A stretch of 40,301 bases of DNA, taken from NCBI GenBank assembly GCA_000934665.2, contig JYFJ02003547.1, positions 1 to 40,301 on the forward strand, read 5' to 3'. Each line of letters begins with the position of its first letter. Position 1 is the first letter of the stretch. The notes beneath the pieces were generated by a model, which saw nothing but the letters and a program-made list of their open reading frames with translations, made no database searches and was not told the DNA's origin. This stretch comes from Catajapyx aquilonaris (taxonomy: Eukaryota). The position numbers and the translations under genes were made by a program. Positions 13,509 to 25,950 of the stretch are shown here, one piece after another.

Positions 13509-15482
13509 TTAATATTACCAATCAAATTAACTGTGACCATGCACATATAGGTTGATGCACTGCCCAGCAAGTCTACAAGTTATAATTGAAGCCGGGGAGA
13601 ATTTATGGGTTGTTTACTCTAATGCAGTTTAAATGGAATGAATGTGACTTTGCTTGTTCTTCCAACGACTTGTTTCTCTATTTAAAACTGGTGGTTGGGG
13701 TGAATAACCTACATTTCCTCGACTAACTATTGAACCGCATCTTGGGATATGTGCACCACCCTGTATACATAGTACGAAAAACGTGGACTCGAAACTTTTT
13801 GCCGAGTGTAGTGTACAGGTCTACTGCGATTTAGTTCCCGCTGGAGTAATTTATGAGAAGTGTAACATTAGTTACAATTTCAACTGTCACATGCGTAAAC
13901 AGTCACGGCTGCTGGTGGCTGCTATTGGGTGATTCCTTTCCAGAAAATGAACTTTTCAGCACTCCTTCACAATCTATGTTTTTATAGTTCCGTGCAATTC
14001 TCGTAGATAAGAAGATTTCCGTTTGAAAATATTTAGAATCGGTTTCAAACTTGGGTGAGCCATGTGAGCGGTAATGTGGAAATGGAATGTTACTGAACTT
14101 CTCAAAGCCTGTCACCTTTCTAATTCTTCTCAAGTCGGATGTGCCATCAGCAGCTAGAAGGAACTTGGGTAGCGGGTGTAGGTAAGGGAGGAGTGGGTGG
14201 GATTACAAGAAGTTTCATATTCAGTTTCAAACAGTAGATCTCATCTAAAAGGGAAATTCATTTGCTTCCTCCTCCCCCTCCCCCTGAGTTTCTCCGGAAA
14301 TATTCCCGGGAACTTTGGCAGCTGGCAATCACTAAATGAAATAACTTAATATGTAAGCGAATAACTTTTTAATTATGTAGCAATTGATTCAGATCCATAG
14401 TTAATCTCGTCTCAACTTCCCCCTCCCTATTACACGTATATACAGTATATCTAGATGCGTCAAAATGTACTTGAATGGAATGTTTATTTTGTTTTGTGTT
14501 TACTTTATATGGGGCTGTAAGATGGCGTGAATGTGCGGGTCGGGGCCTCGGAGGAAGCTTGTTCCAATGCAAGCAGTGTATTATTGGACCACGACTACCT
14601 TTACGGGGTCTGGAGGATGACCTAGGCAGGACAGGTCTCACAATATATCATATCTTGAGTGGTTAGCTTTTGCAGTAGTTTCTTGCACTGGTCTCGTCAA
14701 ATATTTTCTGCTCAATATGCAGGACGGATTATTAATTCCACGCAGATTTTACAAAGAAAAACATACCGCGGAGGGAATGCGCTCTCTTCATTATTTGGCC
14801 AATAACCCCTTTTCGAGAAGGGTGCTATCGGAGTTTGCAAAATTCCATCTATTATGAGGCCCTCAGCAGCTTCCGTTTGTGAATTGCGCTTCGGTGTGAT
14901 AAGGTACCCAGGCACAGAAATATTACACCGCGTTACAGAATATGAAACAGCATTTATTACAGTATGATTGGGATAAAACTCCATTTAATGATTACAGAGC
15001 CGGAAGGCTGCTATTTGCACTTTGAATTTGCTGTATAAACACTTGAAAAAGGTTCAGCAACGAAACAGTTTGACTTCATTGACACAAATTCATAGTTTTC
15101 GCAACTTTTGAGCAGCCTCCCATCCATGGAATGTAGCACCATACTTTGCTTTCAAATAGGACTTAAGGGAGGGGAGGGTCTGAAAGTATTCCCAAAGGGA
15201 AATCGGTTCCCAATTTGATAAAAAGTTCCATTGCCCAGAGTTACAAAATAGTCTACTGCAAACTTTTCCTCTTTGGGTGAAATCTGCATTGATGCTGACT
15301 TTGCAAATGGGATGAATAAGCCCGGAGGATTATCCCGTCAGTCGGCAAGATCTTAGGCACGAGCTGTGGGGTGGACTCAACTTCTGAGACGTTTCTGGAA
15401 GGAAAGCCTGATCCTCTCCTGCCTGCTCTACCCTTCCTTCTGCTGACTGACAACAAAAGGATTGTTGAGGAAAGGAACCAAG

Positions 15483-15486
<4 letters not shown>

Positions 15487-15516
<30 letters not shown>
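15487..15516. repeat. (GA)15 microsatellite
   Basis: Uninterrupted 30-bp GA run; the source of the RERERE/SLSLSL stretches in spurious ORFs. Confidence 0.95.
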
Positions 15517-15519
<3 letters not shown>

Positions 15520-17838
15520 CAGACACGTCATCTTCCTGCGCTTTTTCGCTCCTTGTTTTCATCAAAGGAGATATGCATCTCTCATCTGCAGCTCTCTTCA
15601 ACTCCATGCTTCCTTTGCGCTATTTTTCGTTTTGTGTAACGAGAACAAGAATGGTGACAAAGACTTACTTTCGACTTAGGTGACTTCTAATTTATTGAAA
15701 CTTTAATCGCATTATCACATTCATCGCGACGCGCCTTAATTTAGCTGATTGAAATCTTCATATATCTTATAGCTAACACACATTATGTATGAGACTCTAA
15801 TAAATTGAGCTACTCTCGTACTGTATGTGTCTTGTTAATTTGTTGCATATGGAAAAAAAAAACTGTGTTATAGGGTGAAAGCCAGGCCTTTGACCTGCAA
15901 GATCACGAGGTGAAGATGAAAGTTTGCGGAAGGGTATTGAGTAGGTTATGGCTCGATTCGCTCACCCTATCAGAAGCATCTAATCAGGGCCCTAAAATTA
16001 CTGTTATGATTGAAGCCCAAATTGCTGACGATGAAGCTACTTAAAGGAGGGCGGGAGTATCTCGGGAAAGGGAGTGAGGAGGGGGTGAGGAGGAGGAGGA
16101 GGGAAGGGGCAGGAGAATCGTGGAGGGAAAAGCTCGATATGTTCGGCACCATCATCATTTTTTAAGGGGATTTTTTGCGGTTGCTAGAAAATAGAAGTTG
16201 AAGGAGGCGAATATTGCAAGAGGAGGAAATGGGTATAGTAATTGCAATTTAACGGCACAGCACATCGATTGGGCTTCGATGGGCGGGAAGGCTTACTGTT
16301 GCAAGTATCATTGGTAATGACGAACTGCAGGAACGCAGCAATTCTCATTCCGAATATATCAATTCACAATAGCCGGTGAGATAATGCAATAATGTTGTGG
16401 CTGTACAAGTGTACAGTATATTATGTCAAAGAATGGCGACCTGAATGATACGTACAAGTCCCAACGCATTCTCGACAGGCAAGTGTAATAATATTCCAGG
16501 GCTTGACTTGTGGCTGTTTCATCGGCCTAACGTGAAGCTTATGGCAAAATATTTAAACACAAAAATCAAAATCAGTACTGGAAATAATTGCACAACTTCC
16601 TGACTTCCTGCGACTTATTCCATATAGAACGCTGCATTAATAGGTTGGAAAATGGTCTTATATTATTAATTTTTGAGATAATGATTTGGTATAATAGACA
16701 CTGTTGTCATTTCTAAGCAAGTCACCATAAGAATGTCAATGTAATTATGAGGTCATTCTAACTCAGTTTCAGAATTTATTCAGAATGTAGATTGATTCAT
16801 TTTAATTGCGAATTAATAACGTTATAATCTATTTTACAGTGTTTCCTGCACTGAAAATGTATGAATTGGAAGTATATCACAACATCAATTTGTAGAATAA
16901 TACATATGTATGATACGAATATGTGCATAAAGTATATTATAGGCTCTCTTTTAGTTTTGCAATATCATTTACTAAAGCAAAGAAATTCACGGCATAGAAA
17001 TAATGTTGCCATATGCAGCCAGGAGAATATATGTGAAATAATACCTAGTTCAGTTGATAATCATTATTGCGTAGTTAATCAGAACAAAATTAATCAGGAC
17101 ATTATTAGACGTGCCATCTGTATGGAGTGCAAATTATCTCATTAAACAGACATTTCAATAATACAAAAAACTATTTCCAGTTCCTCACTAATTACAACAG
17201 ACTCCAGATGAACGATGGCATAATTAGGTGATTGTTACGTTGTGAGGTAATTGCAGGGAGCGATGCGATGTAACTATTTGTGGCTGTTTACTGCCTCAAA
17301 TTAAGGAGCGAGCACAAAATACTGTATAAGCACTTGGCCTATTAATTCACCCGAAGCGAGAAAGGTTAAGTAACTCCCACTCTGCCATTTTCCGCGTTGC
17401 CAAACGTAACATCTGCTTCTTTACAGTCCACATAACTCGTATTATGTGGATATGTCTGTTTCTATCAATGCTCGCGGGGGATTCCCGGAATAAATTATCT
17501 TCTCCCAACACATCATGGCCTTAGTTGCCTCGTCTCCCCATTATGAAGCAAACTAAACCAAAGAATCATGTAAAATAATGCACGAACCTACACGACTTCA
17601 TTTTATTTTTTAAAGGCCAGCAGTTAGTTCACGCAGTTCTTTTTCACAGTATGCCACAGCAGTGGACATACTATGAAATGGCAGTAATTCTTCTGCAGTA
17701 GTAATGCGCCAGATGTGCAAATGAAATATGCGTAAAATGAAAAATGTTGCGAAACACGATGGGGTAAATCGACCGGATGAGATTCGTTCCGTAGATGAGT
17801 CCGAAAAGTCGTGCTTAGAAAAACTTGGAAGTTTCCCA

Positions 17839-17840
<2 letters not shown>

Positions 17841-17875
<35 letters not shown>
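17841..17875. repeat. (AGC)11 trinucleotide microsatellite
   Basis: Uninterrupted agc run; gives poly-Ala/poly-Leu in spurious ORFs. Confidence 0.95.
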
Positions 17876-17876
<1 letters not shown>

Positions 17877-20800
17877 GAGGATTTGTAAGCCCGGAATAGG
17901 GGTTGGCTACAAAGTTTGCTTTCTTCCATATAGCGCCAGTCTTGGTGCGTTACTGCCTGAGGAAATCGATACATAGCACATAAGACGTGATTATCGAGAT
18001 GGCTGTAAAGTCACCAGAAAGGGCTTTCTGCCTTGTCATTACATATCACATTACATGTTATTTAATATTATGCATTTGTGAACGAAAACTACAATGAATA
18101 TTCCGAGGTGCAATAACTTTCGCACATAATTATTTACTCGCATTTATATAACTACGTATGTTAACCTAATTGTATAATAGCCTTTTTCCTGTCATAATCT
18201 TAACCATCCTCACCCGACCATAATGGCAGCTCTACATAAATATTTGACATGAAGGCAAGAGCTTAGATGTTCTTAAACGCGTACAGTGCAACTTATCCAA
18301 ACATGAAGAGCCTTTCGCTCCTGGCAACGGTTTGCCCATCGATCTAACGTCTCCTATACACCAAGCAAGATATACTGCATATAAAACAATACAGTACATT
18401 GCATACCATGAACAGATAAACCCAATTACATTATAGTAAAACCTTCATGCTGCAGGAATACTGCTCAAGAAAATGGTGTATCGGACTGCCATAAAACCCT
18501 TCTCCGTGGCCTGCTTTTGCTGACATAACATGGGACATATCGTAAAAATTGAACAAATCGAAAGAGCTTCTACGACATAATTTTATTATATTGCAGAATA
18601 CTCTACAGACTCTTTCAAAAAGATAAAAGCACATAATTACACGTAATATGAACAGTGTACGAAAAGGTTCGATTTACATCATGGCTGGAGACCTTTGCAT
18701 TCAACACAATGGATGCAGCGCAGTGTGTGAATCAAGTAACAAGGGTCCTATTCCTCAACAATTTTTCAATATTTTCCCCCAATTTCGCAACTATGCGCCA
18801 GTACACCAGAGAGACGGGAATGAAAGCGGAAATGCTGATTACTTCCATTGTCATACTCCCTACTATGTACCCGAAATGCGCTTCAGATTGGCCCACTGCG
18901 AATATTTCCAGCCAAGAGGCGCAATCAGGAGTATCCCTCCCCTATGAGAAAATTCCACCGCAGTAATATCGGGTATCGATAACCAATCAGTATCTGGAAA
19001 TTTTCTGTTGGAAAATGAAGCCACCTTCCCTGGCTCCTCGTCGACGTCACGTATAATTGCCGAGTAAACGGTGGAGTGAGCTCCAATAAGAGCAATCCGG
19101 CGCAGGCAGGAAACCGGCCCCAGAAAGTTCCATTCTGGATCGGAAGGAAAAGAGACCAGTGGGGCAGCAATCTCCTTTAATTTAACCCCGGAAATTTCCT
19201 CCTTCCTCGAGTGTTTCCGAAGTCATTGATTAGTGCTGTTCCGGGCATGAACTCCTTCCTTTCCCTGAACCAACCCAAAGAAGGAAGAACAGAAAGAGAA
19301 AGAGAGAGAGAGAAAAAAAGAGTTCTCTTCTCCTCTTCCTTGACCGCTGATTCAAAAGAACAGCAAAAGGGCCTATCCCTCGGGGGCCAGTCAAACCGAC
19401 TTCTTTTTTTTTCCTGAGCACTGACTGATTCCATTTTATCCCGTTTGCTCAACTGAAGGGACTGTATTTTGACCTGCACTCCGACCCCTTCCTTTGCTCC
19501 AGGCCTAACACTTTGCACTACACCAAGTTCTCAGGAAGTCTGGCCCACGCGTGTTTCCCCCACAATTCCCGTTCACAAAAGGTACAATCAAGTCAATGCT
19601 CCAGGTTCAAATCAGGTTAAGCAACCAGTCGGGAGTCTGAGGCTCTGCTCAAATTCTGGCATGTTTTGATGGCGAATTTTTAAAATTACTCACGATGAGT
19701 AGAAGCATTTTAGTATTTTCAGATTCCTGATTTTGCAACCATTCTTTTGTAGTCAGTATTCTTCCCTTTATTCCGTGCTTACACTTGCCAACATCTAGCA
19801 GGGGTAAGTGACCTGCAACTTGCTGTAGGGTAGCAACAGGGTGGTGTTGAGCGTAAACTCTGTAGGAATGGTCATGAATATACGGTTGTTTCCCCTCGGT
19901 CGTAATTATACGGTGTATGACGTTCCCAAACAAGCTCTCATAATATACACTGTTTGGGAAGGGCGTCAGTCTGGTATCGAAGAATGGGCCAAGCCGTTGT
20001 TACTTACCCAATTACCCATGCATTATGTGCATACGGAATTACGCATTGAGCTCAATACTGCTAATTAATACTGCGACAAACTCAGCGTTGATCAATCCAA
20101 ATATTTATGCCGTGTAAGGCCTAAGCAGTGTTCTCTATATGGCAGGCTATTCATTCAGTAATGCAACTTGCTATACGACTGCCATAAAGCATTGTTCTCC
20201 CCTCTATAAAATACACATCGTTTTAAACACCCTGTATAAATTATATTGTTAAAAAGTCGACAAAGTTCAATCTTCAAAACAAGTGCATATAGATTATAAA
20301 CATGATTCCTGCCAAGGAGAATAATAAGAACAAAGGTTGCCAGAGGTGATCATGTATTTTCTAAGCAGTTTCAACTACTACAATAATAACTTCGGAAAAG
20401 AGGCTTAAGGTTCCCAAAAGCAGCTCTAAAAAGTGTTATCGGATATCCCAGTTTTGAACCAAACGGACGCTATATAGCTTGTGCCCTGCAAAGTTTCGCA
20501 AGTTCAAAAGCTCTTTCCAACAAAAGAGACCTAGAGCCATTTTGAGCCAGCCACATACACTACTTACAGGACAGCAACAACTTCAAAGCAAATTAGAAAA
20601 TAGTTTGACAGGTTTAAAATATGACATCAGCTTGCTATAAATTGTACGATAAAAAGTATAACATTTTTGTGTTTGTCTAGATACAGTACATCAGTAACGT
20701 AATGAAACAGTCGAGTGATACAGTGATTTTGCGCATTAAATACACATAGGCTACTACTCCAAATGATTAAGCATGATACGATGTAACCTGGTGGTTAATC

Positions 20801-21225
20801 TGCAGAATATAAGGTGCATGAAACAGGAGTCTCTAAGTTTCCTGTATAGCCAATATAACTTAGACATGTCTCCTGATGTGTTTATCAGCCAAGATTAATC
20901 CCTGAACACGCTACTTTGATTTAGTCTGGGGCTGGAAACACCAGTGATCTTCCTGCCCTAACACCAGGGTGCTGTCGGGAGTTATACAACATCGACCCAC
21001 TTATCCCTGTCACATTAATTATGCGATGCACGTTAACTTTAATAAAGTTATGGGCTTCTACACGTCTTGCTAAGACGATGCCCGCCGTGAAATTTCGTTA
21101 CGGGCCTTGCATCCGTGATGTCGTATAGCTTTTGCCTGACGCTTCAGCGCAAAGGGAATAGGCTTGACAGCAACGAGTCACGACTTTTGCCAACCTTTTT
21201 TTCGAAACTACTCCAGGGAGACACT

Positions 21226-21250
21226 AATATGCCTAGAATATGCCTAGAAT
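21226..21250. repeat. 11-bp tandem duplication
   Basis: aatatgcctag aatatgcctag aat. Confidence 0.8.
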
Positions 21251-21965
21251 TAATTCATTTTTGCCGTTGGTTCTAGCTCGCGCAGGAAACTGCGCTTGTC
21301 TTTCCGAGTTTAATAAAGCCCATGTTGGCTTTCCAAATCATGCATTATATCATGGATATGATATAAACTGTCTAGCGCGGTTTGTGGTTTTATGAACTCG
21401 AATCAAGCAGTGGTCAGTGGAAAGAGCGGAATGGTCGCTCTTTATACATGCTGTAATATGAATGTGGCTTCCTTGGTATATTTCCATACACGGTCTGGGG
21501 GGAAGCCATATAGGCCTATCGTACTAAGCTGCAACTTGCTGTTTTGAAACTACAGTAGATATATTTTAAAAACAGCTAGAGTAGACACCTTTGCCAATAA
21601 CAGACATCTGAGTTATCTGACTAAGTAAACATTTTAAATAATAAGTTGAAAGTGCCGTAGGAAAAACAGCATCAGACACCTGGTATAGAGCAGTAGCAGG
21701 AAAGCACGCCGCATTGCACTGAGAGGCATTCTACGACTGTTTTACAGGAGCAGTGCACGCGTTACAATAGTTGTAGGCTATGCTACACTCCAGCATGTTA
21801 TCGGCGTTGAGGAGTTGAGGCTGCTGGACACAGCCACAGATAGGCCTACTATAGCCTCACCTTTTTTTTACGACCCTCCATAAACGAGATCGTTTCGCCC
21901 GCTACCGATCTCACCCTATGCCACCCGCCCCCTCCCATTCCTTTCTACCATTGTCGCCCCCCCCC

Positions 21966-21986
21966 CCGGCCTACANCCGGCCTACA
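21966..21986. other. Probable assembly join: single N flanked by an identical 10-mer
   Basis: ccggcctaca N ccggcctaca (N at 21976), immediately after a poly-C run. Confidence 0.75.
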
Positions 21987-24900
21987 CGACAAGTAAGATA
22001 AACCCCACTATAGTCCGCATATGAATGCGTAGAAATCAATTCATGCAAATCCCGCGTAATATTGTTCAGGTTGCTTGCGCTACAGGCTGAGCCAAATGGC
22101 CATATATTTGCTCTCCAGTGTTCTCTGCAGACAAATATGGGGAGCATTCGATACTTTCCGTCCTCGTTTTTTGTCGAGACGTAAGGAGTTTGCTAGCAGG
22201 TATGACCCTTTCCGTGCGGCAGCCATTTTTATTGCTGCTGCGGACGCTACCATGTGAACTTTTCTGGGACATACAGATAAGTATAGATCCAATATGAACA
22301 CTTTATGTACCATCTATTACGGAACTGATACATGAAAAGGTAGTAACTACCAGATATCCTTATCTAAATAGGAACATGCTATTAGCATTGGAAGAATCTC
22401 GATAAAACTGGATGTCAAAAACGATCCGTAGTAGAGAAGGATTTCCTGCCTCCGTACCATATCTTACTCCAACATTCCGGGACGTAATCAGTACCAACTG
22501 GTAGATAGTACCAGAATATCCGGAACAGTACTGAACGTGACATACAAACGAAAGTCTGTGTGGCAAATATTATAGCCGCATTCAACTGGCGCCCCTGTCA
22601 TAATCCCTGTATCTGTAAAAGTGGTGTTGAAGAGCATCTGAATAGGTCATAATTTCGCCACATGCGTTGGTAGTACGAGTAATTTAGGAAATGGAAATTT
22701 ACATTTTCTATTCCGCGCAACAAAACAAGCTTGGACACTACAGGCCGGGTGAATTCGATTCCCAGGATACGACTTTTTTTTACCTTCGTTCACTCTCCTT
22801 GGAATAGCAGCACTAAAATCCGGACAAATCCGGAACTTCTCCGTATGATTTTGCATTCAATTGTAATGTCGGATGATGTAGGAAGTAGACAACTTATATA
22901 AGAAAAAGCAATAAACAACAATAAATCAAGAAGCTGACACAACAAGGTTTAGGGTAGTTGAGGTCGTCCAGGTTCTACATCAATGACATCACATGTAGGC
23001 CTAATGTCATGCGACCAGAACATGGTATTTATGGTATTCTCTAACTCTAACATATGGAGACAGTGACATAGTGATTTGCATGACTTCTGCCATCTACTAG
23101 TCAGTGAGTAAACATGTAGTCCTTAACGACTGCTCTGACCGCAGGTTACATAACGGATATTAATGCTTAGCATCCGAGTGTAATAAAGTGCTGAGACATG
23201 AAATCCGGAGACGCCTACGCACTTTCCATGGTCCCCCCAAGATTTGTAGCGCTCATTATCGCCATGTGCCCCTCATATTTCAGACTACCCCTGTTTCTGG
23301 CTCCGGAATTAATTTGGACGGGGGGAGTCCAAAAAGGAGAGCTAGAAAAATCGTTCCCGGGGCAAAAAGATCGTGACCCTTCAACGCAGCGGGCCAGCAC
23401 TTATTCAGGCCAGCTGAGACCACTTGAGTAATTAATGTGCCGGCCTCGCCCAATATCTGAAAATTTGGGGCCATGTCCCCATACCTGCTCACAGATCTCT
23501 CACTCTCCGGGTGGGTAATATTTGGCGAGTCTGAGCATCACCCGGCTCCGGATCATCCCTTTCCTTTTTTCGGCTGGCTTCCGGATAATCCCAGTTCATC
23601 AACTCTGCACTTCATTCCTGAATTGGCCGCTGTTTTCCGGGTTAGATTGCTTCCTTTCTTCCCTGGAGTCGACGCCTACGAATTACTCAATGCCTCTTCC
23701 CACCGCCCTTGCCAATATTTTACCCACAAGGACTTGCACTCTCGATAAAGCAGGATGGGCTTCAGGATCTGATGTTGCACAGGGCCAAACAGACTCGAAC
23801 CACTGGCTACTCCTACACTAACTGGGCCTATCATTTTTAAGACGAGTGCTTAAGTAGAATCATTGGCAGCCATTTTAGTGTCATGGCATACTATTGCAGC
23901 AGTAAGAAGGGCGTGTCGCAACCATTCTTCAAAACTTATATATTGCACTTAAAATACTCGATAAGCAGTCAGCCATATTAGGTTTAAAAATTGATCGATC
24001 GCGAGCGTCCTAAATATATGGTGGTTCTTGGATCAAAGTTGCTCTACATGTCTGCTGGTGGACGCCCTCCATACCCATGTTCCCTTCAATCCTGTGACGT
24101 CAACAGAGCCTTTTGGCAACCGATGAGGACGCTCAAGAATTTGCGCACAACATTCTAGTATGCGCAACATTTTCAGAAGACTGAGAGCGTTCAAGCACGA
24201 GACTACAGTCAACAGCCCTTGGGCTGGATCCGGCCCATGGGACCCTTCTCTTGCACACCCTATTCTGAATATCTTGCGAGATGGGAGTCCTGGAGGGCTG
24301 TTGGTTTAGGACGATTGCGAATGGGGTTGTACGGCAGAGTATCTAGTAAGTTTACATAAGGTTCGAGATGTGCCGCCAATGAGGGACAGCGAATTGAGAG
24401 GGAGTTGTGATTCCCTCCCAAAATTTGAAGGTAAAATGATGAAATAATTTTCACTATGAGAAACTATAACTTACAAACCAAAGTTTTTACTTTCAAAGAG
24501 CCTCGGAGGAGCGTTTGGCATCTTCCATGTTCAACTATTAATATGTGGCTCAACCTATCAAGACTCGACCTTCAGAAAAATTATTCACGCAATAAGCTAA
24601 TTCAAGGTTCACACACCAACCAATAAAGTATTAAAATATTACTGGAAAATGGCCGTTCCTGTAGAGACCTGAAGAGTAGAGAGCGCCCCTCGAGTTTCTT
24701 CCCACCCTTATTAAAGAAAATAGTCAGAAGACTCTCACAAAGTCGAACGTAAAAACAGCACAAGAATTTATAGGAGAAAAAATGGAATGTGATTCCACAT
24801 TCACATTTAGCGAGGGCGGACTCTTAGTGACAATGATGGCGTCAACATTCTGGAAGATGAAAATATGGTATTTATGGCTTTCAGCAAGAAGTGATCTAGG

Positions 24901-25884
24901 AACTATAAATTTTACAATAAAATGATGTAAATTAAACTGAGGCGTGACAAAATTTCAAAATCAAGTTAGAACCTACCATCTGAAAACCTTCTACACATTC
25001 AGTCATTTCTCATGAGAAAGTATCAACTATACATATACGTATAACTAAGAAAAATGTGTCCAATGTTGAGGTAGGCTATCCGGAATAAGTTTCTCCCTTT
25101 AACTATTCAAAGTAATTTAGGCTGCAAACTGACGAGGCCATTGTAATAGGCTAGGTGACAAATTGTAAATTGTCAGCCATTATCTTGACTTTGAGTTCCG
25201 GCAACCCTGAACAAAGAGCCTCTTTATTCGAGAATTTTCAGAAGCCGACGGGTAGTAAGTGCTACGACGTTATAGATTTAAAAGGAAACCGTTTCTCCTG
25301 GCGCGTCTTCTGAACGTTTCCCTTTTGAAAGAAGGTAAACACATTTGGGCAGCTGCCGCCGTCTTCGGGATTTAAGCAAATGGAGTCTTCTGAGAGAAAA
25401 CAAGAGAGGAGCTGGAATCAGCGCCATCCGGAAAACAGAGAAAAGAGCACATGATCTCTCCGCCCTCCATTTTATTTCGGTTCTCTGCGTCAATAATTCA
25501 AGGCTAGACTCATCACGGACAGGATTTGCAAAGAATACATGAGAGAACCTGTCACAATGTCACGAGGTCGATCGATCTATTGCCCAATGACTTCATGCAT
25601 CATGCAGTAAACCCAGTTGCTGTCACATTGCCTTATGACTTAAACGACACTGACGACCCTGATTACACCATTATTACATAATAATTACTATTATTACATG
25701 CGACTTGGAAGGCACTGAATTCACAGCACATACTTTTAAGCATAAGCATATAATGGAGACCCGAGTCAACAGCAAGAGCAAGTAGGTGTCCTCATTCGTC
25801 CCTTTCAAATGATTCTTCAACAGGCATATTAGGCTGAAACACTGGCTGTCTGCCATTATCCGACTGCCTACCTGCCCGCATGCA

Positions 25885-25950
25885 TGCATGCAAAGCAAGC
25901 CAGCGAGGGAGTGAGCGAGCGATAGAGCAAGCAAGCTAGCGAGCTAGCAA
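25885..25950. repeat. Degenerate tetranucleotide repeat (GCAT/GCAA/GCGA/GCTA)
   Basis: gcatgcaaagcaagccagcgagggagtgagcgagcgatagagcaagcaagctagcgagctagcaa shows 4-bp periodicity. Confidence 0.6.

Noticed and set aside
17624..17976. Poly-Ala / poly-Leu ORFs
   Set aside because: Products of the (AGC)11 microsatellite with no flanking homology or convincing splice context.
21405..21440. A-box-like gtggtcagtggaaagagc (tRNA-derived SINE head)
   Set aside because: No downstream B box or SINE tail.
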